DNA of 64,000 nucleotides, taken from positions 29,689 through 93,688 of the IMG/VR virus record IMGVR_UViG_3300046810_000166. One strand, written 5' to 3'. A program made the position numbers and the translations under genes. The stretch is from a virus. Positions 24,333-33,855 of this stretch are shown in pieces. Each line of letters begins with the position of its first letter. Position 1 is the first letter of the stretch. The notes beneath the pieces were generated by a model, which saw only the letters and a list, made by a program, of their open reading frames with translations, did not search any database and was not told where the DNA came from.

Positions 24333-24896
24333 CTACAAGAGCAGGGGCGGCGCGACTACGTGGCGGATGCTCCACAGCGTGGTTTCGGTGATGAAGCCGC
24401 AGTCAGAGAGCACATCCGAGCCGGCCGCCGTGATGGTGCCGGCGCAGCCCTCGTAGCAGCTCCATTTCGATGGGTCTTGCCAGTCGCGATCCGGGGCGAA
24501 GCCCATGCCGAACGCGCCCTTGAAATCGTAGTTGTTGTTCAGCAGGTACAGCGGGATCTCCAGCACCTTGCGCAGCCAGCCCGGCACCCACGCCTTGAAC
24601 TGCGGCACATAGGCGCACTTCTGGCCGCGATACCAGTCCAGCCCGGCCTTGGCGTCCCGCACCGGGTAGTAGGCCTCGCGCACGATGCGCGCGCCCTTGA
24701 TGGCCACGGCCAGCGGCACCTCGCGCACGCCGTAGATCATGTTCGCCTCGATCGCACTGTCGCCGTCGACCACGATGCCGTGCGAGGACTTCTGGAACGA
24801 GAGTTTGCTGGGCCCGACCATCCAGCGGATGAGCCAGCTCAGCGGGTTCCATAGCCGGGCCGTGTAGATAACGCGAATGTACTGCTGACGTGGCAT
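24333..24896 (-). CDS. Permuted papain-like amidase (YiiX/YebB, NlpC/P60)
   Basis: SH-G-I near the N-terminus, YDF.G, W-S-C-Y-E catalytic Cys near the C-terminus. Confidence 0.7.
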   Translation of the reverse strand: MPRQQYIRVIYTARLWNPLSWLIRWMVGPSKLSFQKSSHGIVVDGDSAIEANMIYGVREVPLAVAIKGARIVREAYYPVRDAKAGLDWYRGQKCAYVPQFKAWVPGWLRKVLEIPLYLLNNNYDFKGAFGMGFAPDRDWQDPSKWSCYEGCAGTITAAGSDVLSDCGFITETTLWSIRHVVAPPLLL

Positions 24897-24934
24897 GACT
24901 CCTCCGAAAAGAAAATGGCGGCATTGCTGCCGCC

Positions 24935-24950
24935 ATCATGTCGTCACGAC
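24935..24950 (-). promoter_or_regulatory. Late promoter motif
   Basis: GTCGTGAC-ga-CATGAT. Confidence 0.7.
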
Positions 24951-24960
24951 ATCCTGAACG

Positions 24961-25563
24961 TTATGGAATGTAGACTGCCGCGATCTGGCTAAGGATGTCG
25001 GTGGTCCGGCCCTGCGCCTCGCTGGGCGTCGCGGCCCGCTCCACCTCGTATTTGCGCATGCGCAGGTCGGCCAGCTGGCCCAGCGCCGCACGGATTGCGT
25101 CGGCCTGCTTCACGGTGAGCTGGGCCGCCTCGTACGGGTCCAGCTGGGCAGCCTTGGCGAATCCGGCGATACGCGGCGGCACCTGCAAGGTCTTGCCGGC
25201 GGCCGGGTTGGCGCTGTAGTCGTTCACATACGCGCGGGCCTGCGCCTCGCGATCCTGATACTCGACAACGAACCGCTGCGGCGGCGCGCAGCGCTCGGCC
25301 ACGGCATTGTCGATCAGGTCGATCATCTGCTTCTTCATGACCTCATCGCAGGCCGCGATCGACTCGGCAGAAATGCCGGCTTTTTTAAGGCGATTCGGCG
25401 TCAGGAAGCCGTAGCCCGGCACCCCGAACTGGCCAAGATCCGCAAGGTGTTCATCCGGCATTGCATCGAGGCCGGTGATCCGGTTGGCAAACGTGCTGGG
25501 CTTGGGCATCACGGAAATTGCGGCCTTCGCATTCAGGTCGCACAGGTAGTAAAACTGCGTCAT
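24961..25563 (-). CDS. Putative tail fibre assembly/associated protein
   Basis: ID.A...R...EY..RE.QA.AY...L..LR..K pattern; follows the fibre genes. Confidence 0.6.
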   Translation of the reverse strand: MTQFYYLCDLNAKAAISVMPKPSTFANRITGLDAMPDEHLADLGQFGVPGYGFLTPNRLKKAGISAESIAACDEVMKKQMIDLIDNAVAERCAPPQRFVVEYQDREAQARAYVNDYSANPAAGKTLQVPPRIAGFAKAAQLDPYEAAQLTVKQADAIRAALGQLADLRMRKYEVERAATPSEAQGRTTDILSQIAAVYIP

Positions 25564-26282
25564 GGTGTTCCCCTCATTTCATAGCGTTTTTTGCGGTGGT
25601 GGACCTTCCGGTAGTATCCCTTGACGCGCGAGGGCATCTGGAACGTGAAGCGGTCCTTGGCGTCCTGATCCCCATTGCCGCACGTTGCCTCGAACGTGTG
25701 CTGGTGGAAGGGGATCACTTGCAGCAGCGGGGTGCCGGCCGGGATCGTGAACTCGCACTCCTTGAGCACCGAAAACATCAGGTTCAACGTGTGGAAGGTT
25801 TCATAGTCGACCGCGCCCGGATAGACGTAAATCTTGTCCAGAAAGTCCGAGTGCATCAGGGCCGGGACCACGTAGCAGGACACGCCGGGCGCGGTTTGCA
25901 CGGACCATGGGCCGGGCAGCTTGAATGCGCGCCGCTGCACCGAGTCCTCGATCGGCGCCAGTCCGTCGATGATCGAAAAGTCCATCGGCAGGGCGCTCAG
26001 GCCCGGCAAGGACGCAAGACTGCCGTCCAGCTGGATCACGACCCCTGCCCGGTTCGCCTTGATGTGGATATCGCACCACGCCGGCACGATGTAGCCGGCA
26101 TGCGCGAAGTCGAACATGCCGGGGCACTGCGCCAGATTCACCTTCTTGCTCGCCTCGCGCTGGCGGCGCGCCCATTCGGGGCACACCTTGCGCGCCGGGA
26201 CGATCGGCGCATACAGGTCAGGGCGCCCGATCACGGCCTTGAACTCGATGTCGGGGCGCTTTCTCTTGAAGGGCCAGATCAT
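25560..26282 (-). CDS. dUTPase-like beta-clip protein (DUF6065-like), paralogue 2
   Basis: CPGMFD...GYIVP, GAVD, IPAGTPLLQVIPF. Confidence 0.65.
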   Translation of the reverse strand: MIWPFKRKRPDIEFKAVIGRPDLYAPIVPARKVCPEWARRQREASKKVNLAQCPGMFDFAHAGYIVPAWCDIHIKANRAGVVIQLDGSLASLPGLSALPMDFSIIDGLAPIEDSVQRRAFKLPGPWSVQTAPGVSCYVVPALMHSDFLDKIYVYPGAVDYETFHTLNLMFSVLKECEFTIPAGTPLLQVIPFHQHTFEATCGNGDQDAKDRFTFQMPSRVKGYYRKVHHRKKRYEMRGTP

Positions 26283-26995
26283 TTTTTCACCCGCACATCG
26301 TCGGTGTAATAGCTGCGCCGGGACGCCTGAATGCGCTCGGTCTTGCGCACCTGCTCCACCTCGCGCGGGCTTGCGACGCGCACGACCGGGTCGGCCTTGG
26401 CGTCGGCGCGCCGGATCGGGATCACCGTGACCAGCGGCGTGCCCGCCTTCACCACATCATCGAAGTCGGGCAGGTGCCACACGGCCGGGAAGTTGATGTA
26501 GTTCGGATAGCGGTCGGTGTCGACCAGCGCGCCAAGGCAGGTGAACCGCTCATCGAAGTGGTTCATGGGCGGGATGAACAGCGATGACACGCCGGGTGCG
26601 GTGCGGATCAGCCAGCGGTTATGGAACTTGATCGCCGGGCCCCGGCCGGTCGGGCTGCTGGGCCCGAGCTGGGCCGCGTCATGGAAGCTGGCGGCCGGGC
26701 CAATCGGTGGGTTCGACACCTCCATGAACTGGCCGGTTTCGCTGGTGCGCACGTTGAGGTCAGCGAACAGCGGGATCGTAAAGCCCAAGGCCATGCCGTC
26801 GACCAAGGGCGAGCACTTCTTGGCCCCGAACGACTTGGCGCCGAAGTGATCGCGCCCCTCGATCTTGCGCGGTGCCCGCTTGAACCAGTCAGCCATCTGC
26901 TGGCCAGCCGGCACCGGCTCGGGGATCACGCCGAAATCCTCCTCGGCACACAGGAACTCGATCAGCGGCGTCCTGAAAACGGAAAGCAGCCTCAT
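26279..26995 (-). CDS. dUTPase-like beta-clip protein (DUF6065-like), paralogue 1
   Basis: KKCSPLVDGM..GFTIP, KF.N.W.I.T.PG.S.LF, GALVDTD, VKAGTPLVTVIP. Confidence 0.65.
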   Translation of the reverse strand: MRLLSVFRTPLIEFLCAEEDFGVIPEPVPAGQQMADWFKRAPRKIEGRDHFGAKSFGAKKCSPLVDGMALGFTIPLFADLNVRTSETGQFMEVSNPPIGPAASFHDAAQLGPSSPTGRGPAIKFHNRWLIRTAPGVSSLFIPPMNHFDERFTCLGALVDTDRYPNYINFPAVWHLPDFDDVVKAGTPLVTVIPIRRADAKADPVVRVASPREVEQVRKTERIQASRRSYYTDDVRVKK

Positions 26996-27591
26996 CGAAT
27001 TTTCTCCCCCATCGCCCACGTGACCAGCGTCAGGCGCTGGCCCTTGGTCACTGGCGCGACCATGTGCGGCAGGTGCGAATAGAAGAACAGGATGTCGCCC
27101 TGATTGCCGCGCAGGCGCTCGACCTTGTCCGGGTTGCCATCCACGTTAATCAGGACATCGCCGCCTTCGTACTCGCTCGGGTCGGACAGGAACATGATCA
27201 ACGACAGCTTGCGGAAGCGCGCAGGGTTTGGCGGCGCGTGGTCGATGTCCACATGCCATGTGTAATGCTGACCCTCACGATAGCGCCCGTACTGGAAGCC
27301 GTCAAACTCGTCCAGCGACAGCTGGAACATCTCGAAATTCACCCGCCCGGTGACGCCCGAAATGCGCTCGAAAATCCAAGCGGTATCCGGGTTGTATTCG
27401 ATCCACGTGATGTCGGTGTCGCGCGTGGCCGCATCCTCGGCACTGGCGCCGCCGCTGCCGACGCGCCCCTTGGCGAACTGAAGCAATTCGCCAAGGTCGC
27501 GGATCTTCTGGCACTCCTCGGGCGTGAAGGCGCCGCGCCAACAGGCGAACGGCGTATATTGTGGCATGTAGTAGGAAACGGGAAAGCCCAT
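26992..27591 (-). CDS. 2OG-Fe(II) oxygenase (PKHD/prolyl-hydroxylase-like)
   Basis: WHVD (HxD), RKLS...LS...YEGG, H.V.PVT.G.R.TLV.W. Confidence 0.88.
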   Translation of the reverse strand: MGFPVSYYMPQYTPFACWRGAFTPEECQKIRDLGELLQFAKGRVGSGGASAEDAATRDTDITWIEYNPDTAWIFERISGVTGRVNFEMFQLSLDEFDGFQYGRYREGQHYTWHVDIDHAPPNPARFRKLSLIMFLSDPSEYEGGDVLINVDGNPDKVERLRGNQGDILFFYSHLPHMVAPVTKGQRLTLVTWAMGEKIR

Positions 27592-27596
27592 GTGCT

Positions 27597-28220
27597 TTAC
27601 GAGTTGGTGATGTTGACGTAGCCACCCGAGGGCACGGTTACGGCGGCCGAGGTGGTGCTGGCAGGAATAATCACAGGAACATTCGTGATCGCGGTTGCCG
27701 GGCCGCCGGCACCGCCGGGGAACGTCACCCCTAGGAAGGTCGACGGGCTGCCGGTGGTAGCTGCCACATATGGGTTGTAACCCGTTGCATACGTGGTGCT
27801 GGAATACGAGTAGTTGATGCTCTGATATCGCGTCCCGCTGGCATCGAGCTGGCCCGTGCCGTTGGCGTTGTCGTACGCATACGCGAAAGTGCCGTGGTCG
27901 TATGAGCTGGTCGGCGCCGGCGTAGTCGCCCCCGTACCAGTAGAATTGCTGCTGCCCGGCGAGGAATTCGTCCTATATGAAATATTGCCCGATGGGGATG
28001 GGGCGCCATAACTGGAATACGTGGAAATGTTGTATCTGACGCCGGTCGCGTAGGCATACGAGTTCCCGCCGCTGGCGGCTTTCCCGTCCGCGCCCTTCCC
28101 GCTGACGGTGAACTTGCTTTTGCCGTACGGGACCGGATAGCTGGCGGGCGCATTGTATGGGACCGTGCTTCTGGTTTTGACGAGCGTCTTTTCGCGCCAA
28201 AGTGACATAGAGAGCGGCAT
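27597..28220 (-). CDS. Gly/Ser/Thr/Tyr-rich fibre-associated protein
   Basis: Low-complexity composition; lower GC; directly after the tail fibre. Confidence 0.55.
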   Translation of the reverse strand: MPLSMSLWREKTLVKTRSTVPYNAPASYPVPYGKSKFTVSGKGADGKAASGGNSYAYATGVRYNISTYSSYGAPSPSGNISYRTNSSPGSSNSTGTGATTPAPTSSYDHGTFAYAYDNANGTGQLDASGTRYQSINYSYSSTTYATGYNPYVAATTGSPSTFLGVTFPGGAGGPATAITNVPVIIPASTTSAAVTVPSGGYVNITNS

Positions 28221-28242
28221 GCTTCCTCCTTCCGGTTATCTA

Positions 28243-30099
28243 TCAGCCGCCAGCAGCTTGAATCGCCAAGGAGCCAAACCAAGTCGCGCCGCCGTCCGTG
28301 GTGAAGAACGTCCACACGTCGATCTGGTTTGCTCCGGTGGAGCGTGGTGGAATGGTGTTGCCAGACCATTGCGTCACCGGCCACGTAACCCCGTATCCTG
28401 CCGCGCTGTTCTTCGTGATGACCGTGAACGACTGGACGTTATTGCCCGCGATCGCGTTTGTGAACGAGAAGGTGGTGGTGGCGGAAATCGTTACAAAGAA
28501 CACCGCCGCCGTCCGCAGGTCGAGCGCAATGGCCGCGCCCGAGGCGGTTGCCGTGGCCATGACCTCCACGAAGGCCTTGGACGTTTGGATGCTTGACGTG
28601 ATCGCGTCGGCGATCAGGCCGCCGGTAACGCTTGGCGACGTGAGCGCTGGCGAATTGGTGATGTCCGTGATCAGCGCCAGCATGCCATCCTTATCCGGCA
28701 TGGAGAAAGTGCGCTTGGCCGTACCCGCGTGCGTGATGATGCTGCCGGCCGCACCGGGGATCAGGATCTCGCCGCTGTTGCCGATGGCCACCACGCCATT
28801 CACGGCATTGCGCGCGCTTGCCGCCACCGCATCGGTGATGCCGTAGCCGTTCAGGGTCGTGGGCTTGCCGGTGACGTTCGACCAATCCGGCTTGATGGTG
28901 ATGGCCTGCGCCGCCGTCAGCCGGCCCTGCTGGTCGACCGTGAAGGCGGCGACCGCCGTGGCCGAGCCATACGAACTCGGGGTCACAGCGGTGTTGGCCA
29001 GCGCGATGGCGGGATTGCCGGCGATGCCGTCGCCATTGGCCACCGAGATCCCGGTGCTGGCGGTGATCGAGCGCGCGGCCGCCGTACCATTGCCGGTACG
29101 GGCGAGGAAGCCGCTGGCGGCGATCGCCGCGATCGCGGTCAGGTCGGAATCCAGCGGCTGGGCATCGGTGATGCCGAAGCCGGCGATCGTGGTGGGCTTG
29201 GCCTGCAGGTTGGCCCACGTGGGGTCAGCCAGCGCGGCGGTGCTGGCGGCCGTGATGCGGCCGTTGGCGTCGACGGTCAGCACCGGGATCGCGTTGGTGC
29301 CGCCATAGCTGCCGGCCGCCACGCCGCTGTCGGCCAGCGAGAACGTGGGGTTGCCGGCTACCGCGTCGCCGTTGGTGATCACGATGCCATCGGTGCCCAC
29401 CAGCGTGCGCGCGGCAGCGGTGCCGGCGCCGGTATGCGCCAGCAGGCCGGACGTGGCGATCGCTGCCAGCGCGGTCAGATCGTCGTCCAGCGGTTGCGCA
29501 TCGGTGATGCCGAAGCCGGCGATCGTGGTGGGCTTCTGCTGCAGGTTCGCAAACGTGGGTGCCGGGATTGCCACCTTGCCGGCAGCCGTCAGCCGGCCCT
29601 TGGCGTCGACCGTGAAGGTCGGGATCTCGGTACCAGATCCATACGAGCCGGCCACCACGGCGGTGTCCTTGAGGCTGGCGTTGATGCTGATGTTGGCCGA
29701 GCCGTCGAAATCGGCCTGCCCGGACAGCACGCCGGCCAGCGCGATGGTGCGCGAGCTCTGCAGCTTGCTGGCGGTGTCCACGTTGCCGCTGATCTGGCCG
29801 CTGGTCGAGATCGTGATGGTGTTCGAGGCGTTGTCGAAGGCCAGCGCCACGTTGGCGCCGGCAACGACATTCAGCCGCTCATCGGTGTCGACCTCGATCT
29901 TGGTGATCGTGCCGTCGCCGATGGCGAGCGTGTGCTGGTGGCCGATCATTCCCTGCGCGACCGCCGCGCCATCCAGCGCGACCTGCATATCGGCGTCGAT
30001 CGCCGCCAGCGCCGCGCGCAGGCGCGGGTTGTCATACGCAAGGACGTTGTCCGGGTGCGGCAGCGGATACTGCCGCAGGTTGGTGAGTTGATCGTACAT
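28243..30099 (-). CDS. Tail fibre protein
   Basis: Three G-S-Y-G...TVD..GR.TAA plus KPTT..G.GITDA repeats. Confidence 0.85.
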   Translation of the reverse strand: MYDQLTNLRQYPLPHPDNVLAYDNPRLRAALAAIDADMQVALDGAAVAQGMIGHQHTLAIGDGTITKIEVDTDERLNVVAGANVALAFDNASNTITISTSGQISGNVDTASKLQSSRTIALAGVLSGQADFDGSANISINASLKDTAVVAGSYGSGTEIPTFTVDAKGRLTAAGKVAIPAPTFANLQQKPTTIAGFGITDAQPLDDDLTALAAIATSGLLAHTGAGTAAARTLVGTDGIVITNGDAVAGNPTFSLADSGVAAGSYGGTNAIPVLTVDANGRITAASTAALADPTWANLQAKPTTIAGFGITDAQPLDSDLTAIAAIAASGFLARTGNGTAAARSITASTGISVANGDGIAGNPAIALANTAVTPSSYGSATAVAAFTVDQQGRLTAAQAITIKPDWSNVTGKPTTLNGYGITDAVAASARNAVNGVVAIGNSGEILIPGAAGSIITHAGTAKRTFSMPDKDGMLALITDITNSPALTSPSVTGGLIADAITSSIQTSKAFVEVMATATASGAAIALDLRTAAVFFVTISATTTFSFTNAIAGNNVQSFTVITKNSAAGYGVTWPVTQWSGNTIPPRSTGANQIDVWTFFTTDGGATWFGSLAIQAAGG

Positions 30100-30114
30100 G
30101 AGCCGCCGTCAGGT

Positions 30115-31320
30115 TCAGGTGAGCGAAATGCGCAGGTTGCGCAGGCGCGGACGCGCTGCCGGGGTGCCGTTCAGCACCAGCTTGAAGCGCAGTTTCGCCT
30201 CGGTGACGCCGGTGGCCTTGAACGAGTACTCGTACAGGTTATTGCCCAGCGGGACCGGGGCCACGTCTGCGACCAGCTGCACCCATGCGTCGCCGGCATC
30301 GGCGCCGCTGTACCACGCCGTAAAGCTGGCGCCGGACGGCACGATGCCGTCGATCAGCAGCTTGATGTTGGTGCCGGTGACATCGGCCTGCATCACCGGG
30401 GTGACGTAGTCGGCGGTCGCGGCGACCGCGCCGGCGCCCAGCTGGCTGCCCGGCTGCAGGACTGCGCTGTGCGAGGCCACCGCGTTCAGCGCGGCCTTGA
30501 TGCCCACGTTGCCGCTGATCTTGGCGCCCAGCGAGATCACCTGCCCCGGTGCGGCGTTGTAGACGGTGCCGTCCGGCAGGGTCAGCACGTAGTTGCCGAC
30601 CGCGCCCGGCAGCGGCGAATCGATGATGCCGGCCACCTGCAGTTCGCTGACGTTGGCCACGGCGACGGTGCCGAGGTCGATCAGGCGCGAGGTTTCGGTG
30701 TAGCGCATCGCCAGCAGGCGGAAGGTCAGGTCGCGGTCCTGATGCGGGGTCCACGTCGAGGCGTTCGAGGACGACAGCATGACGCCCACTTGGAAGGGCT
30801 GCACGGTCACCCAGCGCGCCGAGGAGGAGTCGTACTTGCCCAGCTCGGCCACGCCCACCGCCGGCACCGCGTCGTTGGTCAGCACCACGATCGCATACTC
30901 GACGTTCGGCGCCAGCGCCACCGGGGCAGCAAACATGAAGCGGTTCATCGCGTTCGGCGTCATCGCGCTGGCCTGCATGATCGACTCGCCCAGCACCACC
31001 TGCGACGGCACGCCATAGCCGGTTTCGCGCAGCTGCACGCGCACCGGCTTGGTGCCGATCGCGGTCATGAACACGTCCACGCCCGGCACCTGCTCGGGGC
31101 TGTTCAGCGTGAAGGTCTGCGCCAGCGGGTCGTAGCGGTTGATGATGGTGGTGGTCAGCTTCTGCAGCACCGAGTCGGTGATGGTGCCATCGCCGACGAA
31201 CATGGCGCCACCAAGGCTGCCCTGCTCGCCCAGCACGCGCACCTCCTTGCGGCCGGCCGGAACGTTGGCCGGAATCGTGAACTTGCCGGTGATGCGGCCG
31301 TTGTTATCTGCTTTCAACAT
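30115..31320 (-). CDS. Baseplate/tail structural protein (C-terminal partner of DUF4815 protein)
   Basis: GKFTIPANVPAG, DPLAQTF, SSNASTWT..Q..DL.FRL. Confidence 0.75.
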   Translation of the reverse strand: MLKADNNGRITGKFTIPANVPAGRKEVRVLGEQGSLGGAMFVGDGTITDSVLQKLTTTIINRYDPLAQTFTLNSPEQVPGVDVFMTAIGTKPVRVQLRETGYGVPSQVVLGESIMQASAMTPNAMNRFMFAAPVALAPNVEYAIVVLTNDAVPAVGVAELGKYDSSSARWVTVQPFQVGVMLSSSNASTWTPHQDRDLTFRLLAMRYTETSRLIDLGTVAVANVSELQVAGIIDSPLPGAVGNYVLTLPDGTVYNAAPGQVISLGAKISGNVGIKAALNAVASHSAVLQPGSQLGAGAVAATADYVTPVMQADVTGTNIKLLIDGIVPSGASFTAWYSGADAGDAWVQLVADVAPVPLGNNLYEYSFKATGVTEAKLRFKLVLNGTPAARPRLRNLRISLT

Positions 31321-31336
31321 GGTCTATGTGCTCCGC

Positions 31337-33325
31337 TTAGACTGCGACCGGCGCCACCGGGATGCCGTCGAAGGTGATGGTGGAAAGATTCTCGTTCGGC
31401 GAGAAGCCGTCGATGGAGAAGGTCACGTCGATCTGGCGGATGTACTGCGCCGCGCGCGTGGAGCTCGACACCACCTTCGTGGTTGTGGTGGTCCCCAGCA
31501 CCTCCTTGAGCACGCCCGAGCCCTGATACAGCACGGCGGTGGCATCGCTGGTGAACACGCTATGGCTTTCCGTGTAGTGGTCCGCCGGCGGGTTCAGCAC
31601 CAGCGTGGCCGGGATCGGGTCGAAGGCGCTGTAGGGGTTCACGGCCATCGAGCCGGTGCGCGCGGTCTGCTCCAGCACCGGGGTGATGTTGGCGTTCAGC
31701 GCCACCGGGCGCACCACATCGTTGCTCAGGCGAGTGAAGGTGCCAGTGATCGGCAGCACCAGCTCGCCGCCGACGATCGCGGCGGTCTGCGCCACGCCGG
31801 CATCGCGCAGGCTGTCGTTGGTGAAGGGGTCGACAAACAGGCCCTTCTTGGCCGCCGCAGAGCGCGAGTTCGCGTCCGCCGTCAGGCGCTGCTGGGCGAT
31901 CAGATCGGTCAGCACGTCGAGGCGCGCGCCCAGCTGCTCGATGTCGCTCATGGGCACCACGCGCGAGCCATCCTGCTGGATGGTGGTGGTGTCGTCCCAA
32001 TTCTGGTCCACGCGGGCGATCGGCAGGTACAGCGACGGCACCTGCGGCGCCACCGGGTAGAAGTCGGTAGAGGTGCCGGCGATCCACTGGAACGAGCCGT
32101 CCTGCGTGATGCACAGGCGGTCGATGCGCGGCAGCTTGACCTCATACGAGGTCAGGATCAGGGAGCCCGCCACGGCGCCGGCGACGGTGAAGCCGGTGCC
32201 GTCCACATCGGTCGGCGCGACCGTGGTGATGTAGCGGTAGATCGCCTTGTAGCTCGAACCGATGTTCGGCTCGACGCCATCGAGCGACCAGTCGATCTTT
32301 TGGCCGGTCAGCTTGTAGTCGACGCCCACGGTGTAGGTGGTGCCGCCGGTGAAGCCCGACAGGTCCGCATTGGGCGCACCGCCCTGATTGATCGCCACCA
32401 GCTCAACGATCGAGCCGTCCGGCAGCGGATCTTGGGAGCCGAGGAACGAGCCATGGATGATGTCGGCGACCTTCTGCGCGGTGATGCGCACCTGCGTGAT
32501 GCGGTTGACCGGGGTGCGGTCAAAGGTAACGCGCTGCGCAGCCACGCCGGCGGACAGCCACGGCTCGGAGTCGATCAGGCGCAGCTCGGGCGCGGCCGGG
32601 TAAGGCAGGCGGCGCGAGGTCGGCAGCTCGACGGCATAGCCGTTCACGCGGGCCGAGCCCGAGTCGATGCTGTACTGCTGGACGCCGCCGCTGTCGGCCA
32701 GTTTGGTGACTTTCAGGCCCGACACGACATAGTCGCCGCCGGTGGAGTCGCGGTCATAGCGCGCGATCGCCTGCGACACGGAATCCAGCTCGGGCGGGGT
32801 GACCTTGACGCGCATGACGCCATAGTCGGCGGTGTAGACCGGGTAGAACTCGCCGGCTTGGCCATCGCTCGAACCGGCAGCCTGCCAGCCCCACGAAGTG
32901 GCCACCTGCAGGCGGCCGGCGCCCGGCTCCTGATAGTTGCGCACTTCCTGCGCCGGATCGCGCAGCGACGGGTCTTGCAGCTCGGTGACGGTGGTGTCGA
33001 GCAGGTAGATGCCGATGATGACGGTCTTGTCGATCGGGATGGAGAACTGCTTTGCGTCGATGGTGCGCACGGTGCCGCGCAGGTAGACCGAGCCGGCAGC
33101 GCACTGCGCCGCGCCGGTGACCGGGTCGAGCACCAGCTGGCCGTCCTTGATCAGGTCACCATCCTTGAAGATGGCGTCGGCCACGCGCTTGAGGCGATCG
33201 ATCGATGAGGACTGGATCTCGTTGAGCTCGGCGCCCTGCAGGACGTAGCCCGAGCGGAACATCAGGCGCTCGTAGTTCTTCGAGGGGTCGAAGCGGTTGT
33301 AGTAGTGAAGAAGGCTATCGGCCAT
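31337..33325 (-). CDS. DUF4815-like baseplate structural protein
   Basis: YYNRFDPSKNY..MFR.G..LQ.AELNE.Q; EPGA.RL; GLFVDPF. Confidence 0.8.
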   Translation of the reverse strand: MADSLLHYYNRFDPSKNYERLMFRSGYVLQGAELNEIQSSSIDRLKRVADAIFKDGDLIKDGQLVLDPVTGAAQCAAGSVYLRGTVRTIDAKQFSIPIDKTVIIGIYLLDTTVTELQDPSLRDPAQEVRNYQEPGAGRLQVATSWGWQAAGSSDGQAGEFYPVYTADYGVMRVKVTPPELDSVSQAIARYDRDSTGGDYVVSGLKVTKLADSGGVQQYSIDSGSARVNGYAVELPTSRRLPYPAAPELRLIDSEPWLSAGVAAQRVTFDRTPVNRITQVRITAQKVADIIHGSFLGSQDPLPDGSIVELVAINQGGAPNADLSGFTGGTTYTVGVDYKLTGQKIDWSLDGVEPNIGSSYKAIYRYITTVAPTDVDGTGFTVAGAVAGSLILTSYEVKLPRIDRLCITQDGSFQWIAGTSTDFYPVAPQVPSLYLPIARVDQNWDDTTTIQQDGSRVVPMSDIEQLGARLDVLTDLIAQQRLTADANSRSAAAKKGLFVDPFTNDSLRDAGVAQTAAIVGGELVLPITGTFTRLSNDVVRPVALNANITPVLEQTARTGSMAVNPYSAFDPIPATLVLNPPADHYTESHSVFTSDATAVLYQGSGVLKEVLGTTTTTKVVSSSTRAAQYIRQIDVTFSIDGFSPNENLSTITFDGIPVAPVAV

Positions 33326-33332
33326 GGTTTCC

Positions 33333-33815
33333 TCAGAAGGTGACGACGAACTCGAACGACTGGCGCACGGCCGCGTTACGGGTGAATTTCTGGACGCGCT
33401 CCAGCGCCAGCATCTGGCCGGTGTTTTCCAGCTCGGCCAGCGTGAAATACTTCTGCCCCGGCGGCAGGCCTTCCTTGATCACCGTGCCGAGGAATACCGC
33501 GACCTCGCGGATGTCGCTCGCCGAGGCATCGGTGAAATCAAAGTTGAACCGCATATAGAGGTTGTTGGTCGGCGCCTCGCTGATGGAGAAGCGGCCGTTC
33601 GGGACGATGATGTCGCCCGCCGGATCGGGCTTGCAGTACAGGGTCTGCGTCACCTCGCGGCGGCCGATCTCCGACTCAAGGCCCTCGGCCAGCGTCGATT
33701 CCGGCTCGGGCGTGAAATCCCACTCCTCGCGGCCGGTGCCCCATGCCATGTGCAGGGGCATGCTCCTGATGGCCATCGCGACGGCGGCGCGGCCCGAGTT
33801 GGTAAGAATTGCCAT
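33333..33815 (-). CDS. Baseplate / tail-fibre attachment protein
   Basis: AILT.SGR...AWG.G...IRE..VF; synteny. Confidence 0.7.
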   Translation of the reverse strand: MAILTNSGRAAVAMAIRSMPLHMAWGTGREEWDFTPEPESTLAEGLESEIGRREVTQTLYCKPDPAGDIIVPNGRFSISEAPTNNLYMRFNFDFTDASASDIREVAVFLGTVIKEGLPPGQKYFTLAELENTGQMLALERVQKFTRNAAVRQSFEFVVTF

Positions 33816-33839
33816 GTGGTAGAGCTCCTTTTACTGTTG

Positions 33840-33855
33840 AGTATGTAGTCACGAC
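33840..33855 (-). promoter_or_regulatory. Late promoter motif
   Basis: GTCGTGAC-ta-CATACT. Confidence 0.7.

Noticed and set aside
28830-29660. Internal DNA repeats in the tail fibre as DGR or invertible segments
   Set aside because: In-frame protein repeats typical of fibres; no reverse transcriptase, invertase or adenine-specific variation seen
30115-33325. Frameshifted or pseudogenised single baseplate gene
   Set aside because: The second ORF has its own GGAG RBS and ATG after a clean stop; more likely a natural two-gene split
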